Shown piece after piece: positions 26,763 through 35,321 of a stretch of DNA of 35,398 bases (position 1 is the first letter of the stretch; each line of letters opens with the position of its first letter). Position numbers and translations under genes: made by a program. Under the pieces are notes generated by a model, which ran no database searches, was not told the origin of the DNA, and saw only the letters and a list, made by a program, of their open reading frames with translations. The stretch is from an uncultured Clostridia bacterium (GTDB taxonomy: Bacteria > Bacillota > Clostridia > Peptostreptococcales > Anaerovoracaceae): the NCBI GenBank assembly GCA_937915045.1, contig CALDNM010000001.1, positions 1-35,398 on the forward strand, in the 5' to 3' direction.

Positions 26763-28496
26763 ATGGACTTTGCGCTGATACTGAACCAGTACATCGAGCA
26801 GCTTGACTGCTCGGCAAAAAACCTTGCTGCCGCCTCGGGTCTTTCGAGCGCGGTCATCAGCCGTTACCGGTCAGGCGAACGGCAGCCGGAACTAAACAGC
26901 ACGCAGGTAGAAAAACTGGTCACGGGGATCACATCACTTGCTCGTGAAAAAGACATTACTGCCATCACTCGTGAAACTGTTTTATCATCATTCGCGCTGG
27001 TCTTAGACAGCACGCAGTATGATTATCCGACGCTGGTGGCCAACCTCAATACCGCCATATCCGTTTTGGGGATCAACACGACGGAGCTCTCACGGGCGCT
27101 GAATTTCGACGCTTCATTTTTGTCACGGATCCGTTCCGGGCAGAGACGCCCTGCGGATACCGCTGCGTTCATAAAAGGAGTATGCGAATTTATTGTTCGA
27201 CGCTGCACGAAGGAAAAAGATCTGAGCATCATCGCCGATCTGACTGAGACCGATATAAGCGAGATCACGATAAACACAGTCCGGCTGCAAAAATTGTCAC
27301 AGTGGTTATCCTCCGGCATTACTGAGCCGCAGGACTATCTGGGTGATTTTCTGAAAGCGCTGGATGATTTCGATCTGGACGAATATATCCGCAGTATCCA
27401 TTTCGATGAACTGAAGGTGCCGACTATGCCGTTCCAGCTCCCGACCACAAAACGGTATTATGGCATCGAGGAAATGAAGCAGGGCGAACTTGATTTTTTC
27501 AAATCGACAGTACTGTCAAAATCAACGGAGCCGGTTTTCATGTGCAGCGATATGCCTATGGAAGATATGGCGGAAGACCTGGAGTTCGGAAAGAAATGGA
27601 TGTTTGCCATCGCTATGACTCTCAAGAAAGGACTGCATCTCAATATAATACACAACCTGGACCGTCCGCTTAAGGAAATGATGCTGGGGCTTCAAAGCTG
27701 GATCCCTATCTACATGACCGGGCAGGTCTCACCTTATTACCTCAAGGGAGTCCAAAACAATGTTTACTGCCACTTCAACTATGTATCGGGCACAGCAGCT
27801 CTTACCGGTGAATGCATCAACGGTTTTCACAACGACGGGAAATATTATCTGACCAATAACAAAGATGAAGTCGCTTACTACAAGAAAAAGACAGCAGGGC
27901 TTTTGTCTAAAGCCACGCCGCTGATTGGTATATACCGCAAAAATAATGAGACCGCCTTTAACGCTTTTTTAAATACCGACGCGATGACCAGCGGAGATCG
28001 TCACAATATTTTATCTTCGCTGCCGCTTTATACCATATCCGATAAGATACTCTCCGATATTTTAAAGCGTCATTTTCTGTTTGATATCGATGGAGAACGG
28101 ATACTTGCAGCGGTCAAAAAACAAAAAGAATGTACTGAAATACTTTTACAGGAGAATACTCTACTCGATGAGATCCCGGAATTATCAAAAGAAGAATTCA
28201 AGAAACATCCTATGATAGTATCACTTTCAAGTATTTTTTACGATAATGAGCTCGCTTACACTTATGATGAATATCTGGAGCATCTCGATCTCACGCGCAA
28301 GTATGCTGAAAGTCATGAAAATTATAATATACAGCTTGATAAAGAAATAGCTTTTCGAAATATCCAGATCACGATGCATAATAATAAATGGGTGATGCTC
28401 TCGAAGAATAAAGCTCCGGTCATCCACTTTGTCATACATCATCCGAAGATGATCGAAGCCTTCAATAATTTTTCAGCTCCAATAATCGAGTTATGA
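26763..28496 (+). CDS. Dual XRE-type HTH protein with large uncharacterised C-terminal domain
   Basis: Two HTH-like segments (SAKNLAAASGLSSAVISRYRSGERQP and NTTELSRALNFDASFLSRIRSGQRRP) are followed by about 430 aa that I cannot assign. Confidence 0.75.
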   Translation: MDFALILNQYIEQLDCSAKNLAAASGLSSAVISRYRSGERQPELNSTQVEKLVTGITSLAREKDITAITRETVLSSFALVLDSTQYDYPTLVANLNTAISVLGINTTELSRALNFDASFLSRIRSGQRRPADTAAFIKGVCEFIVRRCTKEKDLSIIADLTETDISEITINTVRLQKLSQWLSSGITEPQDYLGDFLKALDDFDLDEYIRSIHFDELKVPTMPFQLPTTKRYYGIEEMKQGELDFFKSTVLSKSTEPVFMCSDMPMEDMAEDLEFGKKWMFAIAMTLKKGLHLNIIHNLDRPLKEMMLGLQSWIPIYMTGQVSPYYLKGVQNNVYCHFNYVSGTAALTGECINGFHNDGKYYLTNNKDEVAYYKKKTAGLLSKATPLIGIYRKNNETAFNAFLNTDAMTSGDRHNILSSLPLYTISDKILSDILKRHFLFDIDGERILAAVKKQKECTEILLQENTLLDEIPELSKEEFKKHPMIVSLSSIFYDNELAYTYDEYLEHLDLTRKYAESHENYNIQLDKEIAFRNIQITMHNNKWVMLSKNKAPVIHFVIHHPKMIEAFNNFSAPIIEL

Positions 28497-28580
28497 TTTT
28501 AACTTTTTTATAGTGCAAAAATAAATGCTTCTATTTCGCGTTATCGGACATCCATACTCCCATAATATTTCTCCTTTCAT

Positions 28581-28620
28581 AAAAAAACAGCGCAAGGACA
28601 TTTTAATAACATCCTTGCGC
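28581..28620 (-). terminator. Rho-independent terminator after the second EFR1-like gene
   Basis: The minus RNA is GCGCAAGGA-loop-UCCUUGCGC followed by UGUUUUUUU. Confidence 0.8.
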
Positions 28621-28712
28621 ACTTATACCTGCGTCGGGTCCGGCCGGATAAGGCCTTACATATTCTTTTGTACATTATCTCACGCAGTCACTGCAATATC
28701 AATATTTTCCAA

Positions 28713-29462
28713 TCATTTCACCGGGCATTTATACCTCGGCTTGCCTTCGCTTATCTTCCCGTATTCGATAGCCTCTTCAGGGCAGTGGCAGATGCATGCC
28801 ATGCAGTGCGTACACTTCCCATTCCAAACAGGCCGCCCGTCCTTCATTGAGATCGACTCCATCGGGCAGAGTTTTTCGCAGAGCCCGCAGCCTGTGCAGC
28901 TGTCCTTCGCGTAGAATTTTTTTGAGTTTACAAGTAATGGATAATACGCGGGGTTTACGATGCTGCTCTTTATTTTGCCGGTGAGTCCGGGACTTGGCGG
29001 TTCGATGATCCCGCCTTCCTTGATGATCTCTATCACTTCATCGATAGCAGGCTCAGCCTGTTTGATGATCTGCCTCGCTTCGTCCTCCTCCGGCGCGTCG
29101 TACATCGCGATGTAGTTCTCAGGCATAAGGATCTCCGCCGTGCCCATGTACTCCATCTTCATCTCCGCGGCGAGGCGTCTGTTGTACTTCGGCGCATTGC
29201 CGATCTCACCGCCGCAGGTCATGACAAAATATATTATATTACTTCCGGAAAGCCTGGCCTGTTTCAGCCAGTCTCTTAAAAGATGCGGAAGCTGCCAGCC
29301 ATAAGTAGGTGCGCACACGATCCACGGATCATCCGACTTGATCTCCGAGCAGTCCTTATCTCTGATCCGCTCCATTAAAGGGCGGACCTCTTGACCTGTT
29401 CCTCTGCCGACGCGGTCCGCGACATATTCACTGTTGCCTGTACCTGTAAAATATAGGATCAT
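28713..29462 (-). CDS. EFR1-like flavodoxin-domain / 2x[4Fe-4S] ferredoxin-domain fusion protein (second copy)
   Basis: MILYFTGTGNSEYVA (flavodoxin-like), plus CTGCGLCEKLCP and CTHCMACICHCP. Confidence 0.85.
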   Translation of the reverse strand: MILYFTGTGNSEYVADRVGRGTGQEVRPLMERIRDKDCSEIKSDDPWIVCAPTYGWQLPHLLRDWLKQARLSGSNIIYFVMTCGGEIGNAPKYNRRLAAEMKMEYMGTAEILMPENYIAMYDAPEEDEARQIIKQAEPAIDEVIEIIKEGGIIEPPSPGLTGKIKSSIVNPAYYPLLVNSKKFYAKDSCTGCGLCEKLCPMESISMKDGRPVWNGKCTHCMACICHCPEEAIEYGKISEGKPRYKCPVK

Positions 29463-29552
29463 ATTTTAGCACCCTCATCAATTCTTCGTTTTCTTTTATA
29501 TTATACTACACTTCACGTCGAAGCGGACCCTTCCCGGTAACGATCAAATTAT

Positions 29553-30323
29553 TTACAATTTCTTTTTCATGTATTTTATACCGGCTGCGGCGAGCAGCAC
29601 AAACGCGATCGACAGAAGTACAGCGATGATCATGCTCCATCGAAGATCAGCCGGGACTGCCGTACCGTTCAGCAGGTCCATATTTTTCGTCGCGAGAGAC
29701 AGCGGATCGTATTTCCGCGCCGCCGGCGCGAGAGAGATCATATACATGACCGCTGTCACCATGCCAATAACAATGAGGCTGCCGTAGAAGTTTTTAAAAA
29801 ATGAGCTCGCGGCAGTTACCCCTGTCACGACAACCACCCCAAACAGCCACAGACACAGCGCCGCGAAGAAAATATTACTGCATTCACTCTGATCCCAGTA
29901 ATACTCTGTATATCCATATGTGATGAGGAAACAGCACCAATACGCGCCCGTCCACATTGCGAGCGAGACCGTCACCTTGGAAAGCATGATGGTATGCGGC
30001 CTCAGGCCTTTTGTGAGCATGTTCACGAGAGTGCTGTTCGTGTATTCGCTTGAAACGATCCCGGCGAAAAGAAGCACGACTACTATAAGGCCCATCTGAG
30101 GCACATTTTTGTAGAACTGCGTCCATGAATCTATCGCCGCGGGATCCGGGATGCTGACCGCCATCCCGTCCGGCATAAAATTTTCCAAAAGATATGGCAT
30201 GAGTTTGGCTGTCAGCGGATCCATGATCCCTATGATCATAAACACCGCGAACAATATGAGAAGTCTGTAAGTCCTGGTGAACTCCAGCATTTCTTTTTTC
30301 AGAAAGACGGTGTATTGTCTCAT
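29553..30323 (-). CDS. ABC-2-type transporter permease
   Basis: Six predicted TM stretches. ATGA overlap with the upstream ATPase gene. Confidence 0.75.
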   Translation of the reverse strand: MRQYTVFLKKEMLEFTRTYRLLILFAVFMIIGIMDPLTAKLMPYLLENFMPDGMAVSIPDPAAIDSWTQFYKNVPQMGLIVVVLLFAGIVSSEYTNSTLVNMLTKGLRPHTIMLSKVTVSLAMWTGAYWCCFLITYGYTEYYWDQSECSNIFFAALCLWLFGVVVVTGVTAASSFFKNFYGSLIVIGMVTAVMYMISLAPAARKYDPLSLATKNMDLLNGTAVPADLRWSMIIAVLLSIAFVLLAAAGIKYMKKKL

Positions 30324-31219
30324 TTTATCATCTCCATAAAAAGCTTTTCCAGATCCGGCTCCAGCGCGTCCATCCGCAAAGGGACTATCTTTTCGTTATA
30401 AAGGATATCGATGATCGTTTCCCCATTGCCGAGAGCTTTGCTTCCGGCAGCTATGACAGTATTTCTGTCCGCCCTGTACGGGCACCCGGCTTCGGCCAGC
30501 GCGGCAGCAAAGCGTTTCGTTTCATCGGCAGATCCGAATTCGACGGCGATCTCATTCGTGCGATGGCTGTTTTCAAGTTCATCGATCTGTCCGCACATCA
30601 CTATATGCCCATCATGCAGTAACGCGACTCTGTCACAAATTTTTTCAACATCCGACAGTATATGCGTCGAGAAGATAACGGTAGTATCCCCTCCGAGTCC
30701 TCTTATTATATCGAGGATATCTTTCCTGCCCGACGGATCCAGCGCGCTGGTCGGTTCATCGCAGATGAGGATGTCCGGTTTTGTCAGTAATGCCTGAGCT
30801 ATGCCGAGACGCTGCTTCATGCCTCTTGAATAATTCGAAACGCGGGTCTTCGCGTTCTCGATCCCGACGAGCTTCAGCAGTTCATCGATCCGTGGCTTCA
30901 GGATATCCTTGTCGATCCCGCCTATCCCGCCGCAGAGCGTCATATATTCTCTCGCGTTCATGTCCCCGTAAAATGAAGGCACATCCGGCAGATATCCAAC
31001 AGCCGCGCGGCTCCTTGAAGCATCCTCTCCGAAAATTTCTATACTACCGCTGTCCTTTGGCATAAGCCCCAGTATGATCTTCATAGTAGTCGTTTTCCCG
31101 GCCCCGTTCTCGCCGACCAGTCCAAAGACCGACCCGGCGGGCACACTGAGATCCATGTGATCCAGCACGCGATGAGTACCGAAGGTCTTCGTAAGGCCTT
31201 TTATTTCTATGGCATTCAT
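30320..31219 (-). CDS. ABC transporter ATP-binding protein
   Basis: ATG at 31219 overlaps the upstream TGA. Walker A GENGAGKTT, signature YSRGMKQR, Walker B ILICDEP. Confidence 0.9.
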   Translation of the reverse strand: MNAIEIKGLTKTFGTHRVLDHMDLSVPAGSVFGLVGENGAGKTTTMKIILGLMPKDSGSIEIFGEDASRSRAAVGYLPDVPSFYGDMNAREYMTLCGGIGGIDKDILKPRIDELLKLVGIENAKTRVSNYSRGMKQRLGIAQALLTKPDILICDEPTSALDPSGRKDILDIIRGLGGDTTVIFSTHILSDVEKICDRVALLHDGHIVMCGQIDELENSHRTNEIAVEFGSADETKRFAAALAEAGCPYRADRNTVIAAGSKALGNGETIIDILYNEKIVPLRMDALEPDLEKLFMEMIK

Positions 31220-31419
31220 CACTCTTCACCTCTGCCGAAGACAAAATAGATCACCGGGCCGATTATCGAAACACAAAGAACGACGATCACCCATACAACT
31301 TTGTTCCCGAAGCGATAACGCGGATGCCTCAGCACATGTACAAGTGCCGTGACCGCCAGTACAAGCTGAAGGATCAGCAGCGGTATCAGGAATGGAAAAT
31401 ACTCGCTTGAAATACCCAT
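31219..31419 (-). CDS. PLDc_N-domain small membrane protein
   Basis: AGGAGG RBS. Two TM segments with W.I.V......GP..Y...GR, typical of PLD-nuclease-N-terminal-domain proteins. Confidence 0.7.
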   Translation of the reverse strand: MGISSEYFPFLIPLLILQLVLAVTALVHVLRHPRYRFGNKVVWVIVVLCVSIIGPVIYFVFGRGEE

Positions 31420-31421
31420 GA

Positions 31422-32543
31422 TCAGTCCTCCTTTAATTTACTGAGCCTGACTGTGATGTCTTCGAATTCCTTCATCCCTGTCATGCCTGAAAAAGCCGGG
31501 TTCATGATGACGCTGTCAGCCATGCTGTCCTTCACCAGCTTTTCACCTCTCGGCGCGTCGCCTGAAAGATCCAGTGACTGTATCATTTTATCCAGAGTGT
31601 CAAAGTACTCGTTCCCGTGAAGACTGATCGGCCATTTGATATCACAGCAGATGTCTGTATATGTATCAAGCCTCTTCAGCGCGTCTTCCGCATCGCCTTT
31701 CCCTGCCAAATACACAGCCGTCGTAAGGAGATGTATCAGCACAGAGTTGAAATTGAGCGATCTTATTTTAAAAAGATCTATCATCCCGTCTGCCCATCTG
31801 ATATATTCATCCACTCTTTTCTCATCCTCTCCCGGTATGCAGATAAGCATATCGATGTCGTTGATGAAACAAATGAGATCCGTATATATCTCGCCCTGAA
31901 GCGCTTCCTTTGCTTTCTCGTTCTTGCCCAGCGCCGTATACGCTCTCGCGAGATAACTTGTCCTGGAATTCGCGCTGAACGGGTCCGATACATCATCACT
32001 CAGAAGATCGACCACATCCGAAAATCTATTTTCCATCATGTATGTCATCGCGAGAACTGATCCCGCCTGTCTGCTGAGTTTCAGATCATCACTTTCCGCC
32101 ATTATCCTCCTGCACATATCGGCGATATACTTTATGGCCTCCGATGTTTTATCCGGCGTGCCAGCCAAATTGCAGTGATTGAGCAGAAGCAGACTCATCT
32201 GCATGAGCAGCGGGAAACACGAATAATATTTCTTTACTGTCTCATCGATCCGCTTGAACACCACATCGAATTCCTCATCAGCGAATTCATCGCTCAGTTC
32301 TCTGTACAGTTCTCTGATATCCGCTGTCGTCATCTGCGGCGAATAGTTCATGAGATCATCTATGCTGATATTGAAGTAGGCCGCCAGCTGAGGCAGTAAT
32401 GTCACATCGGGATAGCTCATCCCTTTTTCCCATTTGGATACCGCTGCTTTTGACACTCCGACAAAATCCGCCAGATCCTCCTGCGTTACCCCGCGCGACT
32501 TTCTCTCGCGGCTGATGATTTTTCCTATGTTTATTTCATTCAT
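31422..32543 (-). CDS. XRE-family HTH regulator with helical-repeat (TPR-like) C-terminal domain
   Basis: GGAGGTG RBS. RKSRGVTQEDLADFVGVSKAAVSKWEKGMSYPDVTLLPQLAAYFNISIDDL. Confidence 0.85.
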   Translation of the reverse strand: MNEINIGKIISRERKSRGVTQEDLADFVGVSKAAVSKWEKGMSYPDVTLLPQLAAYFNISIDDLMNYSPQMTTADIRELYRELSDEFADEEFDVVFKRIDETVKKYYSCFPLLMQMSLLLLNHCNLAGTPDKTSEAIKYIADMCRRIMAESDDLKLSRQAGSVLAMTYMMENRFSDVVDLLSDDVSDPFSANSRTSYLARAYTALGKNEKAKEALQGEIYTDLICFINDIDMLICIPGEDEKRVDEYIRWADGMIDLFKIRSLNFNSVLIHLLTTAVYLAGKGDAEDALKRLDTYTDICCDIKWPISLHGNEYFDTLDKMIQSLDLSGDAPRGEKLVKDSMADSVIMNPAFSGMTGMKEFEDITVRLSKLKED

Positions 32544-32570
32544 TTCGCACCTCCATAAATCTCTTTTACG

Positions 32571-32604
32571 ATGCCATTATATTGGCATTTTATCTTACTT
32601 ACAA
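32571..32604 (-). promoter_or_regulatory. Promoter (TTGTAA-17-TATAAT) with palindrome ATGCCA-N6-TGGCAT overlapping the -10
   Basis: On the minus strand the -35 is at 32604-32599 and the -10 at 32581-32576. The palindrome spans 32571-32588. Confidence 0.55.
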
Positions 32605-32626
32605 AGGATTGTAACGTGATTTTAGT

Positions 32627-32654
32627 AAAAAAAATCAACCCGAGGTTGATTTTC
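32627..32654 (-). terminator. Bidirectional-looking intrinsic terminator
   Basis: AAAATCAACC-cga-GGTTGATTTT. The minus RNA stem is followed by U8. Confidence 0.65.
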
Positions 32655-32763
32655 TTCTTGTCTTCACTGGCCTTGCTGACCATCTTTTGATTTTTACCAA
32701 GCATATTACCAAGAGCCAAAATAGTCCATATGTATCTCGTAACAACCGGGTCAGGCCAGTGAC

Positions 32764-33195
32764 CTACATCTCTTTGTCAAATTTCGAGCGGTAATAAATC
32801 GCATACCCTTGAACAAACACATAGACAAAAACCAAAATCACTAACGCTGCCATTTCAATTCCCATCAGCGCGAAGGCAATCATCAATGCCAAAAATACAT
32901 AAGTCATGAGGTCATAAGCTTTGGCTTTGGCTTTATTGGAAATCGCTATATTTCTCTCATCGTTTTTTTCAATTTCGACTTGTTTTTCTATGTCGGGATC
33001 TGTATGGATGGCTTTACGCGAAACAACATTCCCCACGCCGTGACCAAAAATAACACATCCTGATCCAATGCATATATATGGCAGTATTTTTATAAAGCCT
33101 TGAGGATCACTAATGTTTTTCACAAAATATAGTCCTGCTCCTAATAATAAAATGCCTATCACAGTAATAGCATAATCTCTTGCCGCTTTGTTCAT
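32764..33195 (-). CDS. Four-TM membrane protein (DUF2178-like), partner of the small XRE regulator
   Basis: ATGA overlap with the upstream HTH gene. Hydrophobic segments flank a charged central loop. Confidence 0.65.
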   Translation of the reverse strand: MNKAARDYAITVIGILLLGAGLYFVKNISDPQGFIKILPYICIGSGCVIFGHGVGNVVSRKAIHTDPDIEKQVEIEKNDERNIAISNKAKAKAYDLMTYVFLALMIAFALMGIEMAALVILVFVYVFVQGYAIYYRSKFDKEM

Positions 33196-33395
33196 TGCTG
33201 CTCCTCCTCATAAATAAAGATCTCATCAATAGTCATTCCAAAATACCTGGCGATCTTAAATGCCAGTATGATCGATGGATTGTATCTCCCGTTTTCAAGC
33301 GAACCTATTGTTTGTCTTGATACTTCAAGCGCGGCTGCTAATTCCTCTTGATTGATACCTTTTGACTTTCGTATTTCTTCCAATCTGTTTTTCAC
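33192..33395 (-). CDS. Small XRE-family HTH transcriptional regulator (67 aa)
   Basis: GTG start lies 9 nt after AGGAGG. IRKSKGINQEELAAALEVSRQTIGSLENGRYNPS. Confidence 0.85.
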   Translation of the reverse strand: MKNRLEEIRKSKGINQEELAAALEVSRQTIGSLENGRYNPSIILAFKIARYFGMTIDEIFIYEEEQQ

Positions 33396-33409
33396 TAATG
33401 ACAGCCTCC

Positions 33410-33435
33410 TTAATGGAAAGCATGCTTTCCATTAA
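33410..33435. promoter_or_regulatory. Perfect 26-bp palindrome TTAATGGAAAGCATGCTTTCCATTAA (candidate operator or 5'-UTR hairpin)
   Basis: Read directly. It lies between the predicted -10 and the RBS of the small XRE gene. An extra half-site AATGGAAAG lies upstream of the -35. Confidence 0.7.
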
Positions 33436-33436
33436 A

Positions 33437-33465
33437 AGCATACTTCACTTACGCATATATGTCAA
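33437..33465 (-). promoter_or_regulatory. Promoter of the XRE/membrane-protein pair
   Basis: On the minus strand: TTGACA (33465-33460), a 17-nt spacer, then TATGCT (33442-33437). Confidence 0.55.
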
Positions 33466-33510
33466 GTATACTTTCCATTTATATTTATTGACGCTTATGC
33501 TATTCCACAT

Positions 33511-33552
33511 AAAAAAACAGCCAGCTGGATCCGTTAATACTGCCTGACTGGC
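33511..33552 (-). terminator. Possible terminator after the nucleotidyltransferase gene
   Basis: A weak stem (GCCAG...CUGGC) is followed by a strong U7 tract on the minus RNA. Confidence 0.35.
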
Positions 33553-33594
33553 CTATACTGCTATTTAACTATATTCTATGTTCTGTTGCCTTTG

Positions 33595-34371
33595 TTAATC
33601 CATGTTGTATATCTTTTTAAGCGCGGCTAGTATATCATCCTTGCCTTCCTTGGTTATATCAAACGATTTGAGTTCAATGTTCTCTTTTTCTATGCGAGCG
33701 AAAAAATCCTCCATATCATTTCTGATACTTGCAGGAAGATCCAGCCTGCTGCTTTTACTGATATATGCATAAAGCCTGAAGATATCATTTTTATGCTTTT
33801 TGATATTTCTGCTATCCACATGCTCTCCATTTGCGCTTCTGTCTAAGAGATCCAACCAAGCCTTTGCTTTGAATGGAATCAGATGCTCGATATCAAGTAT
33901 TGGTATCTCATCAATCACCATTGTTCCACTGCGCATAAAATAATAGTAGTCATCATCAAGCAGAATAGCTGATAGGCTGGCTATTTCATCGTCAACAGGT
34001 ATTGGCGTAATATCGGCATCTTCGTCAAGAGGTATGCTCTCCAATTTTCTTGAAAACAATTCGATCATAAATGGATATGCTTTGCCTTTAGGTTTTGAAA
34101 AGCGGTAATACTGCGGAGTATCTGTACTCTTATTGATATGCTCATAACCTGCTTCTTTGACATATCCCCAAAATCTCTTACCGAATTCAGGTGTTATTGC
34201 TTCAACTATCAATACCATGTCAATATCTTTTGTCGCTCTAAAGTTTCCGCCCCTGCTGCCGATCAGCATATCGCATGCAGTCCCTCCGATAATAATATAT
34301 TGATCCTGATATCCTCTGAACCAATTTGTAAAGCTATCTATTCCTCCTACCAAGTCCACGCCTCCCAGCAA
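33595..34371 (-). CDS. Pol-beta-fold nucleotidyltransferase, AbiEii/AbiGii-toxin-like
   Basis: IIIGGTACDMLIGSRGGNFRATKDIDMVL (GG..x(n)..DxD) and the C-terminal KKHKNDIFRL. The listed start is TTG; a TTG at 34353 sits 7 nt after GGGAGG. It overlaps the stop of the upstream gene. Confidence 0.65.
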   Translation of the reverse strand: MLGGVDLVGGIDSFTNWFRGYQDQYIIIGGTACDMLIGSRGGNFRATKDIDMVLIVEAITPEFGKRFWGYVKEAGYEHINKSTDTPQYYRFSKPKGKAYPFMIELFSRKLESIPLDEDADITPIPVDDEIASLSAILLDDDYYYFMRSGTMVIDEIPILDIEHLIPFKAKAWLDLLDRSANGEHVDSRNIKKHKNDIFRLYAYISKSSRLDLPASIRNDMEDFFARIEKENIELKSFDITKEGKDDILAALKKIYNMD

Positions 34372-35294
34372 TTATTCATCAGATCTTCTTTTGCCTGCTC
34401 AATACGTTCATCTGCATTGTCTTCTAGTGTCAGTACCAGAGAAAGTGGATCAACGATCCTATCACGTTGTAACAACTGCGGATCATATTTCCATATTTCC
34501 ATACGCACCTGGCGACTCGGATCTATCTTTTCATCATGCAAAATATCTTCATCAAATACTCCCGATTTTACCGCAAATGTTTCGAAAGCATCATCCGCCA
34601 GCATCGTCTTTTCAGACAAGGCGGTAAGCCCTGCCCTAATACATTGATTGGTTACATTTTCGCGTTCTGCATAACATATTTTAGCAACCGGATTAATAAG
34701 AAACGGTCTGGCTTTATCAAACAATGTCTTTGAATTATCGTTACGTTCGATTATGACTTTCACTCCATCCTTATGTGTAGTCACTAGTCCAACCTGCACA
34801 AGTTGTTCGACTGCACGGCTTACAGTCATTGCCGAATACGAGAGTCCTCTGCGGAGTTCAGAAAGCATGATCTCCCGCTCTTTATCATACAGCAATTTTA
34901 GAAGAACTACCTGTGTCGACGGCTGCAGTTTCTCATATTGCCTTCTCTTTTTCATTTTGCTCAAATATGTCGCCATAAAAGGCAAGTATATCATTTTGTC
35001 GCCAAGCACAAACGGTATCCTTGCTTTTATCAGCGAATTCTGCCTGTACTCGGATATCTGAACAAGATCAAGCACCACATGTCTTTCGGCCATCTGTTCG
35101 ATAACTGCTATCTGCTTTTTGATTGCCGGCAGTGTTCCAAGTTCAGATGTAGGAGTAAGAAGCAGACATTCGGCCTCGCCGATCACTGCTGCTTCAACCC
35201 TGTACTGCTCTCTTAAATACAAAGGGAGTTCTTCCTCTCCAGGCCATCTGCTAAGTTTTATTTCAAGCCCAAACAGCTCCTTTATCTTATCCAT
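34347..35294 (-). CDS. Winged-HTH protein, AbiEi-antitoxin-like partner of the nucleotidyltransferase
   Basis: ATG at 35294 is preceded by AAGGTGA; the ATG at 35312 is also possible. wHTH segment LSELRRGLSYSAMTVSRAVEQLVQVGLVTTHKDG. It has extra N- and C-terminal domains. Confidence 0.6.
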   Translation of the reverse strand: MDKIKELFGLEIKLSRWPGEEELPLYLREQYRVEAAVIGEAECLLLTPTSELGTLPAIKKQIAVIEQMAERHVVLDLVQISEYRQNSLIKARIPFVLGDKMIYLPFMATYLSKMKKRRQYEKLQPSTQVVLLKLLYDKEREIMLSELRRGLSYSAMTVSRAVEQLVQVGLVTTHKDGVKVIIERNDNSKTLFDKARPFLINPVAKICYAERENVTNQCIRAGLTALSEKTMLADDAFETFAVKSGVFDEDILHDEKIDPSRQVRMEIWKYDPQLLQRDRIVDPLSLVLTLEDNADERIEQAKEDLMNNCWEAWTW

Positions 35295-35321
35295 CTCGTC
35301 ACCTTTTAACATTTTTCTTTA

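Noticed and set aside
28530-28580. A 10-codon ORF (MGVWMSDNAK) with a good AAGGAG RBS on the minus strand just past the terminator
   Set aside because: It lies downstream of a strong terminator with no gene following it. It is too short to support without expression data.
122-32401. Interpreting the abundant 9-mer as a Chi or KOPS-type polar signal
   Set aside because: Such signals are strongly co-oriented with replication. Here 29 of 33 genes share one strand, implying a single replichore, yet the motif is 8:7 on the two strands. This is not excluded, but it is not favoured.
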